DNA of 64,000 nt from Bdellovibrionota bacterium. GTDB taxonomy: Bacteria > Bdellovibrionota_C > UBA2361 > JAAYZI01. A program made the position numbers and the translations under genes. Shown here piece by piece: positions 1-10,703 of the stretch. The notes beneath the pieces were generated by a model. The model was not told where the DNA came from, searched no databases, and saw nothing but the letters and a program-made list of their open reading frames with translations. Location: NCBI GenBank assembly GCA_050950765.1, contig JBMNIF010000002.1, forward strand, positions 160,001 through 224,000, given 5' to 3'. Each line of letters begins with the position of its first letter. Position 1 is the stretch's first letter.

Positions 1-154
1 CTAATTTTAAACTTATTGATAATTCCTTAATAAGAGCGTGAACAAGTCCTGGAAAAATTTCACCTGGGTATTTTTCGATCCCATAGCACATGCCATCCAT
101 CTCGATATCAAATACCTCATTAAAGCGATTTTTTACCTGCGAGTTCTGCTCCAT
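1..154 (-). CDS. hypothetical protein, N-terminal part, truncated by the left window edge
   Basis: Manual translation from ATG at 154: MEQNSQVKNRFNEVFDIEMDGMCYGIEKYPGEIFPGLVHALIKELSISLKL..., open to position 1. Starts 23 bp after the stop of 178..1053 on the same strand. Not in the ORF track. Confidence 0.6.
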   Translation of the reverse strand, partial: MEQNSQVKNRFNEVFDIEMDGMCYGIEKYPGEIFPGLVHALIKELSISLKL

Positions 155-177
155 TTTCGCATCGCCCTTAAAAAGAT

Positions 178-1053
178 CTATCCTGCATTAACCGCATAAG
201 AAGGAGCTGATGTAGCACCACCTAGTTCACGATTAGCAATTGCTTTTGCTACATAATTTTCTCCTACACTGACAATTCCTCCAAGTGCTCCTGCAACTAA
301 AGGTGAGCATGAGTACGACAAACCTTTGTTCATCAATTCTTTAAACACACGAGGCACAACAACTTTTAAACAAAGATCTTTTGCTTCTCTATTTAAAATA
401 CCCGTATTACACACACATTGATACGCCTCTACAAGATCAGCTCCGAAAAAGTTTTTTGCTAATTCTTGAGAGATATAAAGTCCTGCGTCTTTTAAAATTG
501 TGTTTACTTGGAAATCATTAATTTCTTTTCTAATATCATTTAAAACCCGATCGTGCCCTTCCAAAGAATCTACTGAGAGATTAACGTCATTATAGTTACC
601 AGTAACAAATTCCAGTATTTCAGCAGTTGCTTCATTTGCTCCATTATCATCAGTAGATAGATTGAAAAAGCTCGCCCCCTCTAAAGCTAAAGGATTCTCC
701 TTCTCTGCGCCTAGAGCTAGAGAAGGATCGGTACTTGCGATGGATATATTGGTAGGGTTCACCTCTTCAAGCTCTGCGTCTCCTTTTGCTGAAATATTTT
801 TATCGTACTTTTTACCCTCTAAAGGATCTGCAAATCTATAAGCCCATTTTTCCCTTTCTTCCGCAGTCACAGGTGATGCGCTAACGGTCGCATTAGCGCC
901 GAGCTTTGCCATCTTCATCAAGGACTGCTCTACCCTTTCAGCTGCCGTTTCAGCTGCTGCAGCTCCTCGATCTGCTCGCCGCATTCCATCTGCCGTTATA
1001 GTTCCTGCCGTTTCAGCCCTTGCTTGCTTACGATCATTTAGTTGCCCACCCAT
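178..1053 (-). CDS. hypothetical protein (orphan; Ala/Thr-rich low-complexity N-terminus)
   Basis: 291-aa ORF with RBS GAGGAG before the ATG; no family motif recognised. Confidence 0.75.
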   Translation of the reverse strand: MGGQLNDRKQARAETAGTITADGMRRADRGAAAAETAAERVEQSLMKMAKLGANATVSASPVTAEEREKWAYRFADPLEGKKYDKNISAKGDAELEEVNPTNISIASTDPSLALGAEKENPLALEGASFFNLSTDDNGANEATAEILEFVTGNYNDVNLSVDSLEGHDRVLNDIRKEINDFQVNTILKDAGLYISQELAKNFFGADLVEAYQCVCNTGILNREAKDLCLKVVVPRVFKELMNKGLSYSCSPLVAGALGGIVSVGENYVAKAIANRELGGATSAPSYAVNAG

Positions 1054-1674
1054 AAGGCTCCTCTTATTTTTACAACTTTACAACTTACTACGTTACTGCG
1101 TTGCAACTTATCTCGTTACAACTTATTAACTGCAATTAGTATCGCATTAGTCATTAGCACTGCGTTAGCTTTTACACCAACGACACTACATCTTTATCTT
1201 TTATCTTTACCCTATGCTGATACCATATTCTAATACCGTATTCTAATACCATCTCGTTTCTTAGTACAGAGTCAGCATAAAATAAAAAATATTATGAAAA
1301 TATCATGACCTTTATCGTACTTTGAACGAATTATGCTTCAGGTAAAAAAGAGATAATACTACTATTATCACAGTATTATTCGGTATCTAGATCTATTATC
1401 TTAATATTTAAGATAAAAATAGCTGCCTTAGGCTCAACATATTATGTATAAAAGTAAAATATTACTCCTTTTACAATGTTTTAGGTGAAATTTTTCAAGG
1501 CTTTAGCATCCCTCTTAAAGAAAAAAGCATCTGGAGATACTGGAAATAAGACACTCAAGAGAGACAGAGGTGTTTTTCCCGTTAATAGGGCAAGATTTAG
1601 GATGTTCCTTTCTCTAAAAGTATGTAAATACTTAAAATGTTGTAACTTTTATTTTATTGTACGGCGTTATAACT

Positions 1675-4107
1675 ATGCGGATACTTAAATTTGGTGGTTC
1701 TTCACTTGCAACCCCTGAAAAAATCAAAAATGTAATTAGTATTATTCAGGAAGCTCGCAGAGAGCGTGAGGCGCTCGGCGTTGTTTTTTCTGCCTTTAGT
1801 GGAGTTACCGATGCTCTGATTGCAATTGGGGCACAGGCCATAACCCCTTCAGAAGATTACAAAACAAGTCTACAAGCCTTAGAAGATCGACACACTACCA
1901 TTTTAAAACAGTTAATTCCGACACCCGATCAAAGCCCCGCACTATTAACATTAAAGATGTGGTTCAACGACTTGGAGGATATCTTACAAGGCATTCACCT
2001 TATTGGGGAGCTCTCCCCTCGGTGTCTTGATAGAATTATGAGTTTTGGAGAGAGGCTTTCTGCCTACATTATTAGCCAAGCCATAGCAGGCGCCGAGTTC
2101 TTGGATAGCCGCGAAATTATAAGATCTGACGACTCCTACGGTTGTGGTCGTGTTTTGCCTATCAGCAATGATCTCATTAGAGAATATTTTTCCACTCATA
2201 AAGCGCTGCAGATTATAACGGGCTTTATCGCCTCCACCGTTGATAATAATACTACCACTCTCGGTCGGGGTGGTTCAGATTACACCGCTGCCATCATCGC
2301 AGCAGCTCTTAACTGTAAAGAGATTGAGATCTGGACGGATGTTGACGGCTTAATGACAGCCGACCCGAATAAAGTTCCAAAGGCGTTCTCCATTACGGAT
2401 CTAAGTTATGAAGAAGCTATGGAGCTTTCGCATTTCGGTGCAAAGGTTATCTATCCGCCGACTATGCAGCCTGCCCTTGATAATGGGCTCTCCATCAGAA
2501 TTTTAAACTCATTCAATCCGTCGTATCAAGGCACGGTGATTTCGAAAGAGCCATCAAAAGACCGTCCAGTTGTAACGGGGATATCCTCTATCTCACACAT
2601 TGCGCTAATCCGTGTTGAAGGTAGTGGCATGGTTGGAGTAACAGGTATCTCGAAACGTTTGTTTGGAGCGTTAGCAGAAAATAATATCAGTGTGATCTTA
2701 ATTACACAGGCATCTTCTGAACACACGATCTGTTTTGCAGTGCAACCTGAACACGCCGAGGAGGCTTGTAGCGCTATTACAAAAGAATTTAAACTTGAGA
2801 TCGATGCTAAAATCCTTGCTAACGTCATCATCGAAAAGGATCTCTCCATTGTCTCCGTTGTTGGCGAACATATGCGGAACTCACCAGGCTTAGCAGGCAG
2901 AACGTTTTACGCTCTCGGTAAAAACGGTATTAATATTTCGGCGATAGCACAAGGCTCATCAGAATTAAATATCTCAGCTGTTATTCCGTACTGCGACGAG
3001 ACTAAAGCTCTTAACGCTTTACACGATGAGTTCTTCTTCCCAGATAAAAAATCCATCAACGTTTTTTTAATAGGTACGGGGTTGATCGGCGGAGAGCTTT
3101 TAAGACAGATCGCAGCACAGCAACAGTTTTTAGATACGGAGCTAGCTCACGAAATAAAAGTTATCGCTATCGCCAACTCCAGAAAGATGTTCTTTGCACC
3201 GCACGGTGTTGACTTAAAAAAATATACGGAGCTGCTTGAAACAACCTCAACAGCTAGCGACCTCTCTCAATTTATAAAACAGATGCAGGAGTTGAACCTT
3301 CCTAACAGTGTGCTGGTTGATTGCACGGCAAGCTCGGAAGTGCCCGCCATCTATGAAGCTGTTTTAAAATCGAGTATCTCTATTGTAACACCGAACAAGA
3401 GGTCTCAAACCGCCGATCTGGATCTATATCTATCTCTAAAAAAAGCGGCAAGACGTCGCGGTGTGTCGTTCTTATATGAAACGAGTGTCGGAGCAGGGCT
3501 ACCTATTTTAAGCACACTGAATGACCTCTTAAAGAGCGGAGATGAGATTATAAAGATTGAAGCTGTCCTTTCAGGAACTCTTAGTTATATCTTTAATTCA
3601 TTCACAGCAGGCTCAAAATTTAGTGACATCGTTCTACAAGCGAAAGAGGCGGGCTATACGGAACCAGACCCACGAGATGATCTGAACGGCTTAGATGTAG
3701 CTCGTAAGATCTTAATCTTAGCTAGAGAATCAGGTTTAGAACTTGAGTTGCAAGACGTAGATATTCAAAACCTTGTTCCGGAAGAGTGTAGGAATTCTTC
3801 TTCAGTTCATGATTTTTTTGAGTGCTTAAAACGGTATGATCCGTATTTTGAAGACCTCAGAGCCAAAGCAGAGGCTTGCGGAAAAAAGATGGCTTATATA
3901 GCATCTCTTTCGGAAGGACGTGCTGTTGTAAGTTTGCAAAGTATTGATGAGACCCATCCCTTCTACAATTTGTCTGGAAGTGATAACATCATCTCTTTCA
4001 CGACGAGTCGTTATAAAGAACGTCCTTTAGTTGTAAAAGGTCCCGGTGCTGGATCGGCGGTAACTGCAGCCGGTGTCTTTGCGGATATTATACGCATTGC
4101 TAATTAA
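1675..4107 (+). CDS. thrA: bifunctional aspartate kinase / homoserine dehydrogenase
   Basis: KFGGSS, TLGRGGSDYTA and WTDVDG kinase motifs, ACT domains, GTGLIGG Rossmann fold, YETSVGAGLP, EPDPRDDL, GPGAG. Start moved to ATG 1675. Confidence 0.97.
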   Translation: MRILKFGGSSLATPEKIKNVISIIQEARREREALGVVFSAFSGVTDALIAIGAQAITPSEDYKTSLQALEDRHTTILKQLIPTPDQSPALLTLKMWFNDLEDILQGIHLIGELSPRCLDRIMSFGERLSAYIISQAIAGAEFLDSREIIRSDDSYGCGRVLPISNDLIREYFSTHKALQIITGFIASTVDNNTTTLGRGGSDYTAAIIAAALNCKEIEIWTDVDGLMTADPNKVPKAFSITDLSYEEAMELSHFGAKVIYPPTMQPALDNGLSIRILNSFNPSYQGTVISKEPSKDRPVVTGISSISHIALIRVEGSGMVGVTGISKRLFGALAENNISVILITQASSEHTICFAVQPEHAEEACSAITKEFKLEIDAKILANVIIEKDLSIVSVVGEHMRNSPGLAGRTFYALGKNGINISAIAQGSSELNISAVIPYCDETKALNALHDEFFFPDKKSINVFLIGTGLIGGELLRQIAAQQQFLDTELAHEIKVIAIANSRKMFFAPHGVDLKKYTELLETTSTASDLSQFIKQMQELNLPNSVLVDCTASSEVPAIYEAVLKSSISIVTPNKRSQTADLDLYLSLKKAARRRGVSFLYETSVGAGLPILSTLNDLLKSGDEIIKIEAVLSGTLSYIFNSFTAGSKFSDIVLQAKEAGYTEPDPRDDLNGLDVARKILILARESGLELELQDVDIQNLVPEECRNSSSVHDFFECLKRYDPYFEDLRAKAEACGKKMAYIASLSEGRAVVSLQSIDETHPFYNLSGSDNIISFTTSRYKERPLVVKGPGAGSAVTAAGVFADIIRIAN

Positions 4108-4265
4108 TTTTAGCTGCAAATTAGTGCTGTACATTATTAAAAGTTGTTAAACGTCGTCATAAGACGGGGCGAGAAAAACCGTTTTGTATGGTGTTTAGCA
4201 ATTTTGTTAATCGTCTGCGGTAACAATTTATAAGACGATTAAAAACGTTGTCATTAGGGACTGTA

Positions 4266-5747
4266 ATGGTTTTCAATCCTTCTCTTTATGAGATAAACAC
4301 GCGTGTTTGGCTACGACAGTTTGATACGCCTGATAAACGAGCTACTTTCAAAGATATCCCCGACACTTATTGGATTAAGCTTGCCGAAAAAGGTATCGAC
4401 TATGTTTGGTTGATGGGGATCTGGAAGACTACACCATCTACCGTTGAAAAATATTGCTTTGAAAGTAATTTAGTTGAAGCGTATAAAAAAGCGTTGCCGG
4501 ACTGGAAGAAAGAAGATGTGATAGGCTCACCCTATGCTATCGACTGCTATCAGATAAATCCGCAACTCGGCACAGAAGCTGAATTAGCAGAGCTACGTGA
4601 ACAACTAAAAAAACACGGCATAAAACTTATTTTGGATTTTGTCTCAAATCATTTTAGTGCAGACACTTCACTACTACACACTAATCCTAATATATTTCTC
4701 TCCGCATACTTTGAATCGTATAAGAGTGAATGGAGTACGTTTTATAAACCGTTAGCAACAGAGAAAGACCTCTATTTTGCACACGGTAGAGATCCGTATT
4801 TTCCTGCATGGAAAGATACCGTTCAGGTTAACTATTTTAATGAAGAAGCTCGTACCTTCATGATCGACTCTCTACTAAACATCGCTAAGATCTGTGATGG
4901 TGTCAGGTGTGATATGGCGATGCTAAATATCAATGATGTTTTTGAAAAAACATGGGGAGGAGTTCTCTCATCGCAAGGTTTTAAAAGGGCTAAAGATGAG
5001 TTTTGGAAAGTTGCTATCAGCACTTTAAAGAGGCGTTTCCCTGATTGCGTTATGATTGCTGAAGTGTATTGGGATATGGAGTGGATTCTTCAACAACAGG
5101 GCTTCGATTATACCTATGACAAAAAATTAACCGCCAGATTAGAAACAGGTAATCAATTTAAGATCCGCGGACACTTAAATGCCGAACATGATTATCAGAT
5201 GAAATCTGTCCGCTTTATTGAAAATCATGATGAGCAACGTGCTGCTGTGACCTTTAATTCAGAGAAGGGTAAAGCTGCTGCTATTATTATGAGCACCTTG
5301 CAAGGTATGCGCTTCTATCATGACGGTCAATGGGAGGGCTTTAAAACTCACCTTCCGATGCAGCTAGGGCGTGCGCCGTTTGAAGTTATTGATCAGGATA
5401 TTAAGGCGTTTTACGATCACTTACTTCAAATTATAAAGGAACCTGTTTTTAAAAATGGCTCTTGGGAATTTTTGGAATCGCTTCCTTCATGGACAGCTAA
5501 CGACACCTTTAACAATATCTTTGCTTGGGAATGGCGACTTGGCAAGGAGCGTCGACTGGTTACCGTTAATTATGCCGATGTTATGTCGAGTTGCAGATTA
5601 GCTCTTGATGTAAAAGGGTACGGTGAAAAGATCTTGTTTAAGGATATCTTAAACAATGAGACCTATCCACGTTCTACTGTTGAGGTGAATGAGGAGGGTT
5701 TATATATTCAACTGGATAAATACAGAAGCCATATCTTTTCATTTTAA
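4266..5747 (+). CDS. GH13 alpha-amylase family glycoside hydrolase
   Basis: GSPYAI, LDFVSNH, GVRCDMA (nucleophile), AEVYW and ENHDE GH13 conserved regions. ATG 4266 preferred. Confidence 0.9.
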   Translation: MVFNPSLYEINTRVWLRQFDTPDKRATFKDIPDTYWIKLAEKGIDYVWLMGIWKTTPSTVEKYCFESNLVEAYKKALPDWKKEDVIGSPYAIDCYQINPQLGTEAELAELREQLKKHGIKLILDFVSNHFSADTSLLHTNPNIFLSAYFESYKSEWSTFYKPLATEKDLYFAHGRDPYFPAWKDTVQVNYFNEEARTFMIDSLLNIAKICDGVRCDMAMLNINDVFEKTWGGVLSSQGFKRAKDEFWKVAISTLKRRFPDCVMIAEVYWDMEWILQQQGFDYTYDKKLTARLETGNQFKIRGHLNAEHDYQMKSVRFIENHDEQRAAVTFNSEKGKAAAIIMSTLQGMRFYHDGQWEGFKTHLPMQLGRAPFEVIDQDIKAFYDHLLQIIKEPVFKNGSWEFLESLPSWTANDTFNNIFAWEWRLGKERRLVTVNYADVMSSCRLALDVKGYGEKILFKDILNNETYPRSTVEVNEEGLYIQLDKYRSHIFSF

Positions 5748-5761
5748 AGGGAGGTGGAAAA

Positions 5762-6838
5762 ATGACTTCCGCCCCTACCCCACGTAAGATTATCCATATT
5801 GATATGGATGCTTTTTTTGCCGCTGTGGAGCAGCGCGATAATGAGTCGTATCGAGGCAAGCCTGTTATCGTGGGGGGAAGCCCTGAACAACGTGGCGTTG
5901 TTTCTACGGCGAGTTATGAAGCCAGAAAGTTTGGAGTTCATTCTGCGATGGCAACTGCTATCGCTATAAAACTTTGTCCGCAAGCGATCTTGTTACCACC
6001 ACGTTTTAAAATCTATAAGCACATTTCGCAGCATATCATGGGGATTTTACGACGTTACACCCCTCAAGTAGAGGTGATGGGGCTTGATGAAGCTTACTTA
6101 GATGTCACCGCCTATGCCCGTGGTAGTAGGTACGCTAGAGAGATCGCTAAAAATATCTTGACTGACATCTACAAAGAGACAGCGCTTACCGCTTCTGCGG
6201 GAGTTGCGCCCAATAAATTTTTAGCAAAAATCGCTTCAGATTATAGGAAGCCTCACGGCTTGACCGTTATCTCACCGGAACGTGTTGCTTCGTTTTTAGC
6301 TGATCTCCCTGTAAAAAAGCTCCCTGGTGTTGGCAGATCGACAGAAAAGAAGATGGCGTTGCATAATATCTACACCATTACAGACCTGCACAAACACTCT
6401 CAAGAAAAGTTGCAGGCGCTATTTGGAAAGTACGGGCAGATCTTTTATGATATGGCGCGTGGTGAAGACCAGCGCGAAGTAATAACCTCTCGTGAAATAA
6501 AATCTATCGGATGTGAAGAGACATTTCCGAAAGATATTATCTCTACTCATGAGATCCTCTCCCATTTAAGAGAGATCTCTTTAGAGCTTGAGCGTCGTAT
6601 CGCTAAAAAGTGCACGGGTGCAAAAACAGTCACTTTAAAGGTAACGTATTCTGATTTTAGAAAGATCACTAGAAGTATCACGCAAAGAGAGAGAGTTTCA
6701 AAAAGCGCAGACCTCTTCAACATCTCTCGCAAGCTACTAGAGAAGACGGAGGCGGGAAAGGTTCCGATCCGCCTCCTCGGCATTTCAGTTTCAGGACTAG
6801 ACCCTGATGAAAGCCAGCAGCTACTACTCCCCTTTTAA
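5762..6838 (+). CDS. dinB: DNA polymerase IV (Y family)
   Basis: IIHIDMDAFFAAVEQ, SYEARKFGVHSAM, LDEAYLD, KIASDYRKPHG and IRLLGI motifs; RBS GGAGG. Confidence 0.96.
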   Translation: MTSAPTPRKIIHIDMDAFFAAVEQRDNESYRGKPVIVGGSPEQRGVVSTASYEARKFGVHSAMATAIAIKLCPQAILLPPRFKIYKHISQHIMGILRRYTPQVEVMGLDEAYLDVTAYARGSRYAREIAKNILTDIYKETALTASAGVAPNKFLAKIASDYRKPHGLTVISPERVASFLADLPVKKLPGVGRSTEKKMALHNIYTITDLHKHSQEKLQALFGKYGQIFYDMARGEDQREVITSREIKSIGCEETFPKDIISTHEILSHLREISLELERRIAKKCTGAKTVTLKVTYSDFRKITRSITQRERVSKSADLFNISRKLLEKTEAGKVPIRLLGISVSGLDPDESQQLLLPF

Positions 6839-7126
6839 TTGAACGGGGTGATATTAAAAAATGAAGTAGCTAGATCTGTACGGCGCAAAAAGTGTCACCC
6901 TCTAGGGACGGTTGAACGGGGTGATATAGAAAAACGAAGTAGCTAGATTTTAACGAAGGTAAAAAATTTCACCCTCTAGTGACGATTGAACAGGCGGCGA
7001 TCGCAGAACGAATCGGCTAGGTTTCTACGAAGGTCAAAAAAGTCACCCACCAGTGACGGTGGAACGGGGTGATATAGAAAAACGAAGTAGCTAGATCTGT
7101 ACGGCGCAAAAAGTGTCACCCTTTAG
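6839..7126 (+). repeat. array 1 of the GGTGCCACCC repeat family: 4 tandem ~73-75 bp module-A units with eroded cores
   Basis: Units start near 6839, 6911, 6986 and 7060 and share TTGAACGGG...GCTAG(A/G)T...AAAAA...TCACCC. Lies between convergent dinB and the ABC permease gene. Confidence 0.9.
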
Positions 7127-7144
7127 CTTTGTTGTTTATTTAAC

Positions 7145-7900
7145 TTACAAACTAAAGATATTTCCCTTCTGCCTTAATCTCTTAAAGCTGTATCTGTAAA
7201 AGCAGAATGAAACAAGCAACAGTAGGCAAGAGAGTAAAGCTGATGTATATAAAAGATTTAGATCGCCGTGTCTTATATATTCAAAGATCATTCCCAATGG
7301 AGAGGCGCTGGCGATCTTTTGTAGTACGACTGGCAACTTCTCAACTGGCACATATGGAGATGACAGCATCACAATAAAGGTTAATAAATTAAAGGCGATG
7401 AAGCCGTAAGTTTGATTTAATCTGATGATAATTGCTGCTGCAAAAACAGCTAACCCCAATGCAAAGAGCAAAAAGCATGGGAATGATATAAATAACGGCA
7501 ATAGATCCTGCACTGAAAGTCCAAAGAAGAGGAGACTTAGAAACGAAAACAGTACCGTACCGATAATTCCCATAACTATCCCGAAGGTTAGCATTGCAAT
7601 TAAATAGCTTGTTGTATCGATTCCAGATCTAAATAGCTCGGGGAATTCTCTCGACCACAAATCGTGCATCATTACGTTATTAGCTTGGACTTGGATCATC
7701 GTCATCACTCCCCAAACCATATTTATTAAAAACAGATCCCTTGCAACATCGGTTGCAACGATATCAGCGTACAAAAAAAGACCCCAAATCATCAAACTCG
7801 CCACAGGGTAGAGCAACATTTCAATAATTCGTCCCTTTTCCGCAAATAAACCTCTAAAAGCCCTGTAACAAAGTGCCTTAACTACATTCTTACAACGCAT
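7145..7900 (-). CDS. ABC-2 type transporter permease
   Basis: About six hydrophobic segments; PVEKLPVVLQKIASASPL resembles the ABC-2 signature; directly follows the ATPase gene. Confidence 0.8.
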   Translation of the reverse strand: MRCKNVVKALCYRAFRGLFAEKGRIIEMLLYPVASLMIWGLFLYADIVATDVARDLFLINMVWGVMTMIQVQANNVMMHDLWSREFPELFRSGIDTTSYLIAMLTFGIVMGIIGTVLFSFLSLLFFGLSVQDLLPLFISFPCFLLFALGLAVFAAAIIIRLNQTYGFIAFNLLTFIVMLSSPYVPVEKLPVVLQKIASASPLGMIFEYIRHGDLNLLYTSALLSCLLLLVSFCFYRYSFKRLRQKGNIFSL

Positions 7901-7937
7901 AACGTCACCTTTTCAAAATCGTATCTAAAATTGTCAA

Positions 7938-8804
7938 CTACTTTGACTCTCTTACTAAACTAATAAAAAGCGACTCAAGGTCATTAGTTATCGTATTAAC
8001 CTCTTTCACTTCCCCAAGAGATAGCACCTGCGGTAAATATGGAGTTGCTACCCGAATAGAATCTTCAGCCTTCTGTTCAAAATCGAAGTCCAATGTATCT
8101 CCCTTTACAGGATTGCAAAAAACGACTTCAACCTTCGGCTTAAAATATTCCTCTCCTAAAACACCCGAGAAAACTATTTCACCATTTTTTATAAAACACA
8201 TCCTATCAGCTAAGATTTCAATATCGAGCATCAGATGTGAGGTTAAAATGATACACATCCCTTGATCCTTTAAGCTTTTGAGGTAAAAACGAAGCTTGTC
8301 TGCGATATCAGGATCGAGACCAACAGTAGGCTCATCCAAGAACAAAACCTTTGGCGAAGTTAAGAGTCCCTTTGCAATCCGAAGTCGCATCTTTTCGCCG
8401 CTCGACATTTGATGCCATTTTCTATCAAGTTTATCTTTAAGCTTTAATTCATCTAAAACTTTTAGAACGATCTCATCCTTCACACCAAAGAGAGTTTGAT
8501 AAAACTTTATGATTTGGGCAGCACTTAAAGTCCACAAAAATTGTGTCTCTGATGAGACGAATGAAATACCGTCATAATAACGTTTATCAGTCGGGGCTAG
8601 TCCCAGTACAGAAATGCTACCACTATCAAGCGAAGTTAAATTTGCAAAGATATTAAAGAGCGTTGTTTTTCCAGCTCCATTAGCGCCGAGTATTGCCAAG
8701 ACCTCCCCCGCCACTGCTGAAAAAGAAACACCATTTAAGGCTTTTATTTCACGTTCTTTTAACTTGAACACTTTAGACACACCGTCTGCAAAAACCTCTG
8801 GCAT
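7938..8804 (-). CDS. ABC transporter ATP-binding protein
   Basis: Walker A GANGAGKT, signature MSSGEK, Walker B FLDEPT, H-loop TSH. Confidence 0.93.
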   Translation of the reverse strand: MPEVFADGVSKVFKLKEREIKALNGVSFSAVAGEVLAILGANGAGKTTLFNIFANLTSLDSGSISVLGLAPTDKRYYDGISFVSSETQFLWTLSAAQIIKFYQTLFGVKDEIVLKVLDELKLKDKLDRKWHQMSSGEKMRLRIAKGLLTSPKVLFLDEPTVGLDPDIADKLRFYLKSLKDQGMCIILTSHLMLDIEILADRMCFIKNGEIVFSGVLGEEYFKPKVEVVFCNPVKGDTLDFDFEQKAEDSIRVATPYLPQVLSLGEVKEVNTITNDLESLFISLVRESK

Positions 8805-9175
8805 AACTAAACTCCTTTCTTAAAATAAAATCATCTATCAGGATCGATATGAAAAACTTTAAGGATTCCTTTTAAGAAAAACAAAATAATAATAACTGGC
8901 ACTCTTGCCTTTAACATAAGATACAAACAAACTAGCAGAACTTCTCGTTTTCAACTACAAATCAGATACTATTTAAATGAAGTATTTTAATACTTTTCGT
9001 TTTTAAAATACTACCATGTATTACGACCCTCGTCTGATAGTTGTATACCTTTATTAAAGAAGTAGACAAATTATTTTTTTAATATTCATAAATTTATTAA
9101 CGTTCAATCTGTTCATAGCACTTTATCTCGATATCTACTTAACGAATTTAGTGTTACTTCCTAGTGATGATCCTT

Positions 9176-9550
9176 CCACCCTTTAGGGACAGTGGAACGG
9201 GGTGATACTGCAGAACGAATCGGTTAGGTTTCTACGAAGGTCAAAAAAAGCCACCCTCGAGGGACGGTTGAACGGGCGGCAACTGCAAATAGAACTAGCT
9301 AGATCTATACGAAGGTAAAAAATGCCAGCCAGCAGTGACGATTGAACGGGCTGATACTAAAAAACGAATTAGCTAGATCTATACGTAAGGTCAAAAAAAG
9401 CCACCCTTTAGGGACGGTTGAACGGGCTGCAACTGCAAATAGAACTAGTTAGATCTATACGAAGGTCAAAAATGCCAGCCAGCAGTGACGATTGAACGGG
9501 CTGCAACTGCAGATAGAACTAGCTAGATTTTAACGAAGGTCAAAAATTTG
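9176..9550 (+). repeat. array 2 of the repeat family: 5 tandem ~75 bp module-A units
   Basis: Repeated CCACCC/CCAGCC...G(G/T)GAC...GAACGGG...(G/T)AG(A/G)T...ACG(T)AAGGT(C)AAAAA units, same module as array 1. Confidence 0.9.
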
Positions 9551-9612
9551 AAGTTTCTTAAATGTAGAGGGAGGTAGGTTTTTTTATTTTTCTGAAGTAG
9601 ATATCTAAAAAC

Positions 9613-9670
9613 AGGAAGAGGGGAAAATTGAGCCCTTTTGTATAAAAAACCTTTTCCCCCTCTCCTTTTT
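9613..9670. terminator. long-loop hairpin, probable intrinsic terminator of 9711..10667
   Basis: GGAAGAGGGGAAAA ... TTTTCCCCCTCTCC imperfect inverted repeat with A/T tracts on both sides. Confidence 0.55.
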
Positions 9671-9710
9671 GGCGCGATTTTGCAGATTCTTGGCACCGGT
9701 TCTTATGTTT

Positions 9711-10667
9711 TTATATAAGAACCACCATAACTGCTAGAAAGAACAGACCCCAAAAGCGTAGTGAAGCCGCGCTATGGAGTCCCAAATCTATGGGACATAC
9801 TTGAACAATTACACCTTTCACCTCAGGGCGCTCTGGATCCTCTAAAAGCGATCGAGCAATTTTAAGTCCAATACAGAGTTCATCTTCTTCTAACTCTTCC
9901 CCAAGCCATTCCTTTAGCATTTCAATAGCTTTTGGGTTAGGCTCTTTACCGTGTTTGCTTGCGTTAATACAATCCATAATCGCTTGCGTCACTTCTGGGG
10001 GAACCTCTTCAATCAGCAAGCCTTGTGAGTCAATCCACCCCTTAAGCGCCTGAATAGTTTCAAACGCATTAAAGACCACAAATATAGTCAGATACAGTGT
10101 GGGGAAAAACGACGACGCACCTTCATTATAGAAGCCGGTCAATATTACCCAACTAATTGCAACGATGTATGCGGCTATCAACACAACGGCACTTTTAACT
10201 TTGAGCAGTTGCAGAGCTACTGCAACAAGGACACAAGTAATAAAGAGCAGCGCCCCTAATCGGGAGATAGCTCCAGGATAACGACTCTCAAAAGCCATTA
10301 AAGCAATCCCAAAAGCAACTCCCTCCACAAGTGCGGACAACTTTTCGAAGAACAAGACTCTTTGGAGTTCTTTTTCTTTCATTCTGAAAGGGTTGATGAA
10401 TTTGAAAAGCAAAGCCACAGTGGCGATGCTTGCAAACAACACAGGGAGATACTCTCCGAGCGCTTCACGATCGGAGATCTGCACTTCTTTAACACCAGCT
10501 TTGAAAACTTCCCAAGAGAGCTCCACGAACTTGAATCGGTTAATGTCGAATTCCCAATACAAAAAAACGACATAAACAGCGGCACAGAAAAGTGCCAACA
10601 GAACACAAACGTTGCGAAACAGTTGGTTGTTTCGTTCACGACGTACCGAAATGTCGGTTTTATACAT
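9711..10667 (-). CDS. hypothetical multi-pass membrane protein (orphan)
   Basis: 318 aa with about 7 hydrophobic segments; RBS AGGAAAGG; no family recognised. Confidence 0.75.
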   Translation of the reverse strand: MYKTDISVRRERNNQLFRNVCVLLALFCAAVYVVFLYWEFDINRFKFVELSWEVFKAGVKEVQISDREALGEYLPVLFASIATVALLFKFINPFRMKEKELQRVLFFEKLSALVEGVAFGIALMAFESRYPGAISRLGALLFITCVLVAVALQLLKVKSAVVLIAAYIVAISWVILTGFYNEGASSFFPTLYLTIFVVFNAFETIQALKGWIDSQGLLIEEVPPEVTQAIMDCINASKHGKEPNPKAIEMLKEWLGEELEEDELCIGLKIARSLLEDPERPEVKGVIVQVCPIDLGLHSAASLRFWGLFFLAVMVVLI

Positions 10668-10690
10668 CTCTACTTCGCTACCTTTCCTAA

Positions 10691-10703
10691 TTGTTAATGA
10701 ACA
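10691..10703 (-). promoter_or_regulatory. boxA-like antitermination motif
   Basis: TGTTCATTAACAA versus boxA consensus TGCTCTTTAACA, just upstream of the RBS of 9711..10667. Confidence 0.35.

Noticed and set aside
1440..1674. Thr attenuator or lysine/SAM riboswitch upstream of thrA; ORFs 1042..1233 and 1485..1688
   Set aside because: No Thr/Ile leader peptide with terminator and no riboswitch core motifs seen; the ORFs lack an RBS and look incidental.
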